Origin: Amoeboradix gromovi X-113
Taxonomy: Eukaryota > Fungi > Sanchytriomycota
Reading direction: 5' to 3'
Length of the DNA stretch: 21,025 nt
NCBI GenBank assembly: GCA_018985225.1
Contig: JADGIF010000096.1
Coordinates: 1-21,025, forward strand
Positions 1-8,444 of the stretch are shown here, piece after piece. The notes below the pieces were generated by a model that was not told the origin of the DNA, ran no database searches, and saw nothing but the letters and a program-made list of their open reading frames with translations. Positions within the stretch are counted from its first letter, which is position 1. Each line of letters opens with the position of its first letter. Both the position numbers and the translations under genes were made by a program.

Positions 1-77
1 ACGCTCATTGATTCCATGAAGAATATCAAATATTTAGGCTATAGGAAAAATCTGGAAAAATCTTGAAATGATACAAA
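1..77. repeat. Left arm of 77-bp perfect inverted repeat (pairs with 1615-1691); runs to window edge
   Basis: Base-by-base reverse complement of 1615-1691; first mismatch at 78/1614. Confidence 0.95.
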
Positions 78-723
78 GTCATCCCGTTTCTGCTCTGGAT
101 AGTCATCGAATAGCATCCGCAGAATTAGGCAATTAGTATCCTTTTGGTTTCCTGAGGTTTGGAATATTTTGGCTATGGACATTTGGAGTTATTTGATATG
201 GTTGAGCAAAAAGAATATCAAGCATTAGCTGAGATACAAAACTCTAGAAAGAAGTCAGACAAGCGCTAAGCATAGACTAGTTTTTCATTTGATTTTAAAT
301 AATTTTATTACTGCGTTCTACCGCAATCAGTAATGACCACCTCGAAGTAGATTGTTAAATTCACATCTCTGTCATAGGCTGCATAAAAGTGGTAACACTG
401 GTGGAGCCTTGGACCTCAAAGCGATCTCTGATTGCCAGTATATATGCCGCTACGCCCATGACCGCAGAAAGCATTCTGGATGTAAATTGTCGTACTACTT
501 TAATTCGATGCCATCATATTATTTTTGATTGGTCTGTAGGTCAATATAAATGGAAACTATTTCCCAAATGATGGCAATTTTGAACAAAAATACGGAGATT
601 GAAGATGGACAAAAATTGATAGGAATGCTATTGGAGGTCGCTAATTGTAGTGACTCTCTTGCAGCTAGAATTGCATGTTTAAAATCAGATGTCAAGGATT
701 TCTCATTTTACCAGATTAGAGAC

Positions 724-1470
724 ATTGATGATTTGAAACTCAGACACATCAAAGAAACTGATGATTTGAATGCTGAGATTGATGATTTGAAAATCAGACA
801 CATCAAAGAAACTGATGATTTGAATGCTGAGATTGATGATTTGAAAATCAGACGCATTAAAGAGGTTGATGATTTGAAAACCAGACGCATTAAAGAGGTT
901 GATAATTTGAAAGCTGAGATTGATGATTTGAAAGCTGAGATTGATGATTTGAAAGCTCAGATTGATGATTTAAAAATCAGACGCATTACTGAGATTGATG
1001 ATTTGAAAGCTGAGATTGATGATTTGAATGCTGAGATTGATGATTTGAAAATCAGACACAATAAAGAAACTGATGATTTGAAAGCTGAGATTTGTTCGGA
1101 TCCTCACTCGGATCTATTGCTATTTCGCTAACTCGAGGTGAAGTAGAGTTGGAAGTCATAAGTTGTTTTTACTAAAGGAATTGTTCCTAGTTATAGTTTT
1201 CCACGATCACGGTGCTTACCAGTGATCGCATCTTATTCGTCTCCTAGGTCTTCTGTAACCTATGAGATATTTATCTGATTGAACTCCAGGTCCACAACTA
1301 TATTAGCAGGGACTGTGTAATCCTGTGACCTGACAGGGTCTCAACAGTTCCCTCATCGGACAGATACTCAGCAACCTTGTTGAGTTCATAACAAGATTGA
1401 TGATTTGAAAGCTGAGATTGATGATTTGAAAACCAGACACATTAAAGAGATTGATGACTTCAAAGCTGAT
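724..1470 (+). repeat. Coding minisatellite of mixed 21-nt and 33-nt units (core gatgatttgaaa), split by the LTR
   Basis: Recurrent gctgagattgatgatttgaaa (21 nt) and atcagacacatcaaagaaactgatgatttgaa-type (33 nt) units at 724-1092 and 1394-~1470. Confidence 0.92.
1093..1393. mobile_element. Solo LTR (301 bp) of an LTR retrotransposon
   Basis: Termini TGTT...AACA; perfect 5-bp TSD AGATT at 1088-1092 and 1394-1398; clean insertion into a tandem repeat. Confidence 0.88.
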
Positions 1471-1614
1471 CACAAAAAAAAAGTTGATAGCTTGATGTTT
1501 AAGTTGGACAATGCCGTCTCGGACACGCGATCTCTTCAAACAGATTCTCGTGGTACTGACAATACAGCTCGATTGTTTCTTGAACAAATCATTTATCGCG
1601 AATTAGTATGCATT

Positions 1615-1691
1615 TTTGTATCATTTCAAGATTTTTCCAGATTTTTCCTATAGCCTAAATATTTGATATTCTTCATGGAATCAATGAGCGT
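1615..1691. repeat. Right arm of 77-bp perfect inverted repeat, with tandem AGATTTTTCC x2
   Basis: tttgtatcatttcaagatttttccagatttttcctatag...caatgagcgt is the exact reverse complement of 1-77. Confidence 0.95.
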
Positions 1692-1783
1692 AATCCTGAA
1701 TATGTCAAATCCAAAGAAATAACCAACAGGTACAGCATACATTAATCAACGCTGAGGAACTGGCCCAAGCATGGAACAATTAG

Positions 1784-2134
1784 TTGTCTTTCGACGCCAT
1801 GAAGCGATTTCTCTACAATTTATTCAAAGAACGCTTGAAGTTCAAGTGTAAGCAAAGAGGAAAGACGATGGTTGAATGTAATGAAGCATTTACTAGTCAG
1901 ACATGTACAAGTTGTGGTACTCTAAAAAACCAACTTAGACACCTGACCCTGTGCAAAGTGTCATTTGAAAATAGAGACCATATGGCAGCAAGGAACATAT
2001 ACATCAAGTATCTGCATCCTTATTCAATCCCGCCTTACGGTAGTGCAGGCGTGAGCAATCACTGTAACGGAGCATCTAGCATTGCTAGTTTCTCTGTGGA
2101 AATTCTCGATTTTCTCGGAAATCAGGACTTTTAA
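1784..2134 (+). pseudogene. TnpB/Fanzor (Fanzor2-like) nuclease C-terminal relic
   Basis: FKERLKFKC...NEAFTSQTCTSCG...NRDHMAARNI matches the TnpB/Fanzor pattern F..RL.YK...E.YTS..C..CG...DRD.NAA.NI (zinc ribbon plus RuvC-III Asp). Second CxxC reduced to one Cys; RuvC-I/II not seen. Confidence 0.85.
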
Positions 2135-2138
2135 CGAG
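2037..2138 (+). ncRNA. Candidate omegaRNA scaffold 3' part / element right end (copy 1)
   Basis: Directly follows the RuvC-III motif. Consecutive hairpins: acggtagt/atcactgt, ctagc-att-gctag, tttc/gaaa, gatttt-ctcg-gaaatc. Homologous to 2441-2522. Confidence 0.5.
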
Positions 2139-2440
2139 GAGTAAAATGGAGTAAATTATACAACTACAAGTTGAGCACTGGATCCAACACAAGTCAATAA
2201 ACGACGCTCTTCTTAACTGTTTTCTTGTCCTTCTTCCAAGTCTCATCACTCTTCCTGAAGTATTGGTGCAGTCAGTCTATATTTCATAATTGACAATTTT
2301 TTCGTGATTTCATTACATTTTTCTGATTTCCCAACAGTTTAAATACTCATTTTTCTTCCTTTTCGCAAATGGCAAATGAATCAAGTGTTGTAATCCCGAA
2401 TGTGTTAATCTAATGAAATATATAAAAGTAATTCCTTCTC

Positions 2441-2522
2441 ACGGTAGTAAAAGTTTGAGAAATTGCTGTAACGGAGCGAGTAGCATCGTCGGATTTTCTC
2501 GCAAATTCAGACTTTTAACAAG
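2441..2522 (+). ncRNA. Second diverged copy of candidate omegaRNA scaffold / right end
   Basis: Collinear blocks acggtagt, tgag, ctgtaacggagc, tagcat, gattttctcg, gacttttaacRag shared with 2037-2138, with a single 20-nt deletion. Confidence 0.5.
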
Positions 2523-2628
2523 TGAAGGGCAATAAATATAGAGAAATCTGAACAACTGAGTGTTCAAAATTTTATCAGAAGACTCCTTTATGCATTTTAC
2601 ACGGGCCTCTCTTTAGACCTAAAGATTA

Positions 2629-3090
2629 CATTTGGGACATCAAATATAAAAACTGTACTAACTTTCTGTAACAATTTGGAACATTATTTAAGAGGCGAGT
2701 GGACATTCAGCTAGTTGCGGAGTTGACGAGTATAAAAGGAAAATAAATATTCTGCACAGCTATTCTCTTACTCTTTCATCCAATCTTTCTTTCAAATAAA
2801 ATATCACTATTACACTTCAAAGAAATAGATAAGAGTAATGATGTTAGTACAACATTACAAATTGACTCTAGAAAAGAGTACCGTCTAAGAAAATGCACCT
2901 TTTGCTTAGATGCTCAAAGACCTTAATTGAAAAAGATGCAGGGTCTTCTAGTTTTATTATGAAGAGGGGATTGAAAGTAATGAAAGAAAATTGGTATAAT
3001 AGAAGACCCTTTATTAATGATAGCATTTCTTCCTTATGGAGCACCTTTAAAAACGAGTTAGTCTAGTTGTTATATTTGGTGTCCCATATA
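2629..3090. mobile_element. Tc1/mariner-like MITE, copy 1 (~460 bp)
   Basis: Imperfect ~31-bp TIRs (tgggacatcaaatataaaaactgtactaact / agttagtctagttgttatatttggtgtccca), preceded by TA, non-coding, homologous to 14752-15047 and 20793-21025. Right tip degraded. Confidence 0.85.
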
Positions 3091-3143
3091 TTGATTGGCA
3101 CTCCTCATTGTATATAATAAAAAATTTTGGAACCTGAATTGTT

Positions 3144-3929
3144 TTGGAATATTTAGCTAAAATTTCATACGAAAACCCAGATTTTGAAAGCATGGTGGGC
3201 CTTTTAATATTTGGAGCCAGCTGGTGTTTGTTTACTGAGTCTCTTTTTCAATGTTACATTGTATTTCGAGAAAAACAAAGCCGAATATTTTTATTTTCAG
3301 CTCTAGGACTATTTTGTGGAATATCTTGCATGTGCTTGAGTGTTCTCCATTCCTATTATGATTTTAGATTTGTCATGTACACTGTTTTCTTTTCAGTTAG
3401 CTGGTTGTTAATGGTTCAAAGTGCAACCTGGATTTATTACGCTCGAGTTAAATCGCTGGGCATTATATCCAAATTTGATTACTACATGAAATATGTGCCA
3501 GCAGGAATATTGATATTCCAAGTTCCATTTGTTGTCCTTTTTAATCTTCAGCCAATATTTTCAACATTAGATCCATATTTATATCTTCTCGAAACATTAG
3601 TGAACTGCGCAATTTTAGTTGGTGAAATAATACTTTATATCTCCTTGGTGTACAAACTGATCGATATTTTCGAATATCGTCAAAAAACTAAAAAAATGTT
3701 AATCGTCGAAATTAGCTTTGCCTTAATGTTAACATTAGTTTTAGACATTCTGGTTATTACACTCCAGATACTCGGAATACAGTTATATATTTTTATCCGC
3801 TCCTTCTCTTATATTGTGAGAATCGCCTTGGTCGTAAGGTTTTTTGATGACTTGATATTTGAACTAGAAAACACTAGACATCGAGTGCACATAAGTGATA
3901 GTAAAGATTTCATAGTAAATAACCTGTAA
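3144..3929 (+). CDS. Seven-transmembrane (GPCR-like) membrane protein; first ATG at 3192
   Basis: 261-codon ORF with seven hydrophobic segments by eye and a polar C-tail; no family motif recognised. Confidence 0.7.
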   Translation: MEYLAKISYENPDFESMVGLLIFGASWCLFTESLFQCYIVFREKQSRIFLFSALGLFCGISCMCLSVLHSYYDFRFVMYTVFFSVSWLLMVQSATWIYYARVKSLGIISKFDYYMKYVPAGILIFQVPFVVLFNLQPIFSTLDPYLYLLETLVNCAILVGEIILYISLVYKLIDIFEYRQKTKKMLIVEISFALMLTLVLDILVITLQILGIQLYIFIRSFSYIVRIALVVRFFDDLIFELENTRHRVHISDSKDFIVNNL

Positions 3930-3989
3930 CATAACTTACATCTGCCTTATTTACATATTTTCACCTTGAAAACGAAAGTTACAAATCTA

Positions 3990-4042
3990 CAAAGTAGACA
4001 TCGAATATAAACTAGACCAAGCGTTTTAAACTAATCTCCATA
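3990..4042 (-). mobile_element. Degenerate solo end of the same MITE family
   Basis: gacatcgaatataaactagaccaagcgttttaaa...ctccata matches the reverse complement of the MITE 3' end (gacaccaaatataaaaactagaccaagtcgtttttaaa...ctccata). Confidence 0.7.
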
Positions 4043-4098
4043 TAACATAGTACAAATTCAAATCAAAGTATATCTGGCCTGTATAGAGCCACTTTTGA

Positions 4099-5118
4099 AT
4101 GCTACAGGTTTATCAGGTTGAATTTGATTACATTCCGGCTAAATCAGACGAGCTTCCGCTGACTAAGAATCAATACTTGTCTGTACTAGTTGCAGAGAGT
4201 GACGATTGGTGGGTGACGTATAATCTGAATAAACAACAAATTGGATGGACTCCAATAAATTTTTTAAAAAAGGTGGAATACGCGATTTATATCTGCGAAT
4301 ATGAGTATATATCTCAAAGTGATGACGAATTAACCATCAGAGAGGGTGATACAATCTATGTATTAGAAAGAGACACTAATACCGAAGGGTGGTACTTTGT
4401 TATGGTTGAAACATTCAATTGCAGTGTCGAGCTGCTCGTGCAGGAACATGGTCTTAAATATACAATGTATAAAGTTGGCCTAGTACCTTCAAATTTTATT
4501 ACTGCCAAGCCAAAACCAAAGGTACCTACTGGTGCCGTCGGATTACCAAAAGCAGGTACAGTGAAGTTAAAGACAGTCTCAACAACCCCGATCCGGGACC
4601 AACCCGACGAGTTACCACAAATGGCTTCCAAAACCAGTGTATCCGCTATTTCAGATTCTAATAAATCAGCGACAGTCAAAAAGAATTCTGCAATTATTAG
4701 CCCTACTGAAAAGACAGCAACTGTTAAAAAGTACACACCATCTTTGGTTCAAGTCTCTACAGCTCCTCCAACAAACCCTCAACCTACCCGTAAGGATGAT
4801 TCTGCTAAATCAGTTAAAGAAGACTTCCCAACAAAGGAGTCTTATTCTGCACCTCGCAGCGAGAAACGTAAGTCAGTTCTTGCTGATCACAAGTCAGCCA
4901 GTGAGATACTTGATGTTGCTAATTCTTCGAGTGTCCCAAACTCTACGACCACTTCCAGCAAAGCTACTAAAACTGTCAAGGAAATAGGAACTCAGACCGG
5001 TAACTTAGATCCTAAAACTGTTGAAGAATTGCATTGGTATATTGATGATCAATTATTGTCAATAAAATCCGAAATGTTTGTTGAACTGGAAAAGATGCGA
5101 AAATCAATAAAAAAATAA
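4099..5118 (+). CDS. Double SH3 domain adaptor protein with S/T/P/K-rich linker and C-terminal coiled coil
   Basis: FDYIPAKSDELPL...DDWW...GWTPINFL and YEYISQSDDELTIREGD...EGWY...GLVPSNFI. Confidence 0.9.
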   Translation: MLQVYQVEFDYIPAKSDELPLTKNQYLSVLVAESDDWWVTYNLNKQQIGWTPINFLKKVEYAIYICEYEYISQSDDELTIREGDTIYVLERDTNTEGWYFVMVETFNCSVELLVQEHGLKYTMYKVGLVPSNFITAKPKPKVPTGAVGLPKAGTVKLKTVSTTPIRDQPDELPQMASKTSVSAISDSNKSATVKKNSAIISPTEKTATVKKYTPSLVQVSTAPPTNPQPTRKDDSAKSVKEDFPTKESYSAPRSEKRKSVLADHKSASEILDVANSSSVPNSTTTSSKATKTVKEIGTQTGNLDPKTVEELHWYIDDQLLSIKSEMFVELEKMRKSIKK

Positions 5119-5126
5119 AACTGGTT

Positions 5127-7752
5127 TTACTCTTTAACAACTTGCTCTGTAAACCTTATTCCTTCTTTGTATAGCTCTGTATTGACTGGCTCGTATATTT
5201 CTTTAGCCATGGGTCCAATTACACCTCTTGCTGTAATCGTATTGTTTAATATCAACTGCACTGCTATAGCACATGGAGTTCCTACAGTATATGCCATAGC
5301 TGAGTGCCTGTCGTCACCGTATCTAATCAAACTTGAACTTATGACTTCCTTTCTTCTATCTGGCCATTCTACTTTAATTATATGACTCATCGCTACCATA
5401 TCCCTTTCTCCCTTCTTGTATGCTAATTTGTGCTGCAAATGGTTGGCCAATGCGTCTATCCGCGAACAGTCTAAATGTAACGGCTCATTATTGAACATTC
5501 CCAATCTGCATTAAGATAAATTACTGTTTTAGGTCATTGTAGACCTGCATGCCATAGTTGTGCTTCAATTCGTCGACACTGCTGGTCTCTTTTACTATCG
5601 ACGCCCAGCTTTGACCATGCGAAAGTAATTGTTGGGTCAAAAGTTTGTAATCAACAAACACCTGCATCAACTGGCAAAATCCTTTATATCGTAGTGTGCC
5701 CCGAAACATTACATTTAAATCTTCCAGTTTCAGCTGGTATTGATCCACATATGAAAGTGAGTTTCTATTTGGTATTCCCTCCATTGCAAAACCTTTAAAT
5801 ATATTAATTGGCATTGGTTTCTTTAGTATATTGGTGGAATCAACTATCTTGTTTTCTAATTTGTAAATTGCGTTGTTTAGACTAGCTGAAAGTACCCCTT
5901 TAGGTGACCAACTGAACTTGTATCCCAGCGGAGTATTGCTAAACTCTGGTGCCGGCAAGCCACCGCACCAACTTTCAAAATGAGTGATCTTTCCTTTCAT
6001 GCTAATTATATCATCTATCAACTGACGAGCACTAGTGTGGTCAATCCCCGGATCTAATCCCATCTCATTCAAAAACGTTAAACCCAGTGATTTGGCTTGA
6101 TCGTTCAGCTTACGCATCTCTTCAGATATATACGATGCGCTCACAAAGTGCTTACGTTTTCTTAGGCACGAATTAGCAATAGCAACATGATACAGTGCTG
6201 GTACTAAAGAAACTGCAATGTCACTCTCCTCAATCACTCTATCAACTAGCTGCTCATTGCTCACATCACAACTGATGATATGAATACGATCTGTAGGCAT
6301 GTATTTCTTAATTTGTTGTTTCATTAAATTAGCTTCTTTAACTTTATTTGTGGCCAAAGTAATACTGTTGGATGGATCCTTTAGTAAATATTCGACAAGA
6401 GGTTGTACTACCATTCCACTTCCGAATACTATAATTTGATTAATCTTCTTATTGTCCATAGATTTATTCAAATAATCAAAATCAGGCATAAGAAGCCCAT
6501 TCTTGACTATGGTAGCATTTTCAAATATCTTTGGTTTATATTCCAACAACAGCGGTAACAGCTTACTGCTAAAATACTCTGATGATTCTCTTGGCAACTC
6601 ACTTGGCAGAATGTCTACACTTGAGATCATTACACCTTCGGAATCCAATTGCCTATGCTCTGTCTTAGTATCCACATCATATATAAAATAAGGATCATCT
6701 ATGGTACTAGCTCTAGGCATAAACTCCAAGCTACCTAATGGGTCGCAAGTTATATCAACAAGGGTTAGCATTTTATTGTTCATTTTCCAGTTAGCATACA
6801 GCTGTTGTGCCTGGTTTAATGTAACTAATCTAGGGTAGTTTTTGTCCCAATAATGGCCAGTCACCAGCATACTACAAAACGGAGCTATGGTTTTATGAAA
6901 AATTGATTTGTAGTGATGTGGATTATCATAGAAATCTAATTTATTGAACTCATTGCCTTGCTTATGAACTATATAGTCAGAGGAATCAATATTGCAGGCA
7001 AAGATTGTATAAGGATCCTTGGGAAGGTTGTCTAATTCCTCTGGAAGAACAAATCTATGATTTAAATGAGAGAAGATTGACATTGCACCTTGGCTAACAC
7101 TGCCTTTGCCAGTGAAGACTACAGTGAATGGAAGTAATTCAGAAGGAAGACCGTTAGTTTTTATGTACTCATTAACACGCTGTACATCTAAACGAATATT
7201 TTCTAGTCTAGAATACTGATGGCATTGACTAAGCCACATAAAAGGGGTCCAATAACCGAGACCTAGTAGTCTCTTACCCAACGCTTGTAACCCGTTAATC
7301 ATACCAGCGTAACCCGCAAAAGTACCAAATTGAACTAATCTTTTGCCCTGTTCTGGTCCCTCTAATTGAGTTAGTAGTTCATAGTCTATTAGTGTGCATT
7401 TGCGATGAATAAAGGCTTTAAGCATGTTCATATTGTAAGGCTGCCCTTTGTGGGTGTGCGAAAAAATTAAATATTTAGATTGCGGAATAATTTCATGAAT
7501 AGCTACTTCTTTAATCCCTATTATTAGATCGCAGCTCTGCAAATTATCCGTGATTGTAGCTCCGGCATCGGAATACATCTTATTGCTGAAAACTCTTGTC
7601 TGGCTGGATTCAACACTTATTTTGTTTCCATTACTGATCAGTTCCTTGCACGCATCTGGAGTTAACGCAGCTCTTCTTTCCCATATGGTTTTAGTTTCAC
7701 TACGTAGACCTATATGCAAATGTTTAGCAAAATAACTAAGCATGTGGGACAT
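5127..7752 (-). CDS. AASS: Bifunctional lysine-ketoglutarate reductase / saccharopine dehydrogenase, 868 aa, one intron at 5506-5524
   Basis: WERRAALTP, FSHTHKGQPYNM, IDYE (LKR) and NEMGLDPGIDH, SWCGGLPAPE, YKFSWSP, RGTLRY, SAMAYTVGTP (SDH). The two ORFs join in frame after removing 19 nt. Confidence 0.93.
5506..5524 (-). other. 19-nt GT-AG intron (GTAATTTATCTTAATGCAG)
   Basis: Removal gives ...DLK-Q-LGMF... and restores the SDH C-terminus; retention gives an in-frame TAA. Confidence 0.88.
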
Positions 7753-8215
7753 ACTCTACAGAAGCCAAAACTTTCTAAAACAAGTTTCAAAAAAGTAGAT
7801 TTAGCCAAGTAGAGAATTCACATATTACATCGAAAACGTTGTAAGTTAATAGTAGTCACTCTTATTTGTGAGAATGTGTTAGCACTACTCCAATACTTGT
7901 CATAATTCAATGACAGCTGTAGCAGTGTTTGGATGTTATAAACTAAGAAGTAGCAACAACAACGCTTCCATACCAAGTAAACACAAAGCTTTTTATTGAG
8001 TATACTGCAATAGTCTTCTATTTATGTCTGTTATTGCCACAACCATAATAAATCACATTCATGTTACCCTTACTTTTCCATGCCTTGAATTTTTGCTGTC
8101 TATCAGCAACTTTCATGTTCTTTGCCAGTAAAATAATCCACACAAGTCTCTAACATCAGGTTCAACTATGCAGATTTTGGTGGTCTTAGCGATGCTTAAG
8201 ATGACTGCTTTTTAT

Positions 8216-8388
8216 TTAACTTGTTTTCTTTATTCTCTCTAGTGCCTTATTATCATGTTTTTGCACTTTTGCAATGGCTCTTTCTATCTGTTTTTTATTT
8301 CTTTGTTCTGTGGGGGGATAAGGAATTAATGATAATGGGTAGTCTAGTGTGGTTTCTAGGTGTACCTTTTACTTAGAAATGATGACAT
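8216..8388 (-). CDS. Tentative 51-aa basic helical protein with a 17-nt intron (8356-8372)
   Basis: MSSFL-K-TTLDYPLSLIPYPPTEQRNKKQIERAIAKVQKHDNKALERIKKTS*; intron GTAAAAGGTACACCTAG; AATAAA overlaps the stop. No homology recognised. Confidence 0.4.
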
Positions 8389-8444
8389 TTTGTCAGAATG
8401 GATCTTATATTTTTCAACCCGTTCATGGCAAATTCTGTAACAGA

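Larger units (their letters stand above)
550..1653 (+). pseudogene. Repeat-rich coiled-coil protein gene (~265 aa reconstructed) interrupted by a solo LTR
   Basis: ORFs 550-1131 and 1405-1653 share IDDLKAE / IDDLKxRHIKE units. Deleting 1093-1398 (LTR plus one TSD) joins them in frame (gag att | gat gat ttg). The last 13 codons lie inside the inverted repeat arm. Confidence 0.8.

Noticed and set aside
724-1092. CRISPR-like array of gatgatttgaaa repeats
   Set aside because: Intervening sequences are themselves repeated, units are multiples of 3 in an open frame, there are no cas genes and the context is eukaryotic.
1303-1587. Minus-strand 94-aa ORF
   Set aside because: Straddles the LTR boundary and is antisense to the repeat gene.
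2166-2186. Minus-strand WIQCSTC, resembling a PHD/CW finger fragment
   Set aside because: Only 7 residues with no remaining ligands or supporting ORF.
5505-5524. Stop-codon reassignment (UAR=Gln as in some aphelids) explaining split ORFs
   Set aside because: The breaks involve frame changes, and TAA, TAG and TGA all terminate conserved proteins at expected positions (APS2, CCT3, WAVE).
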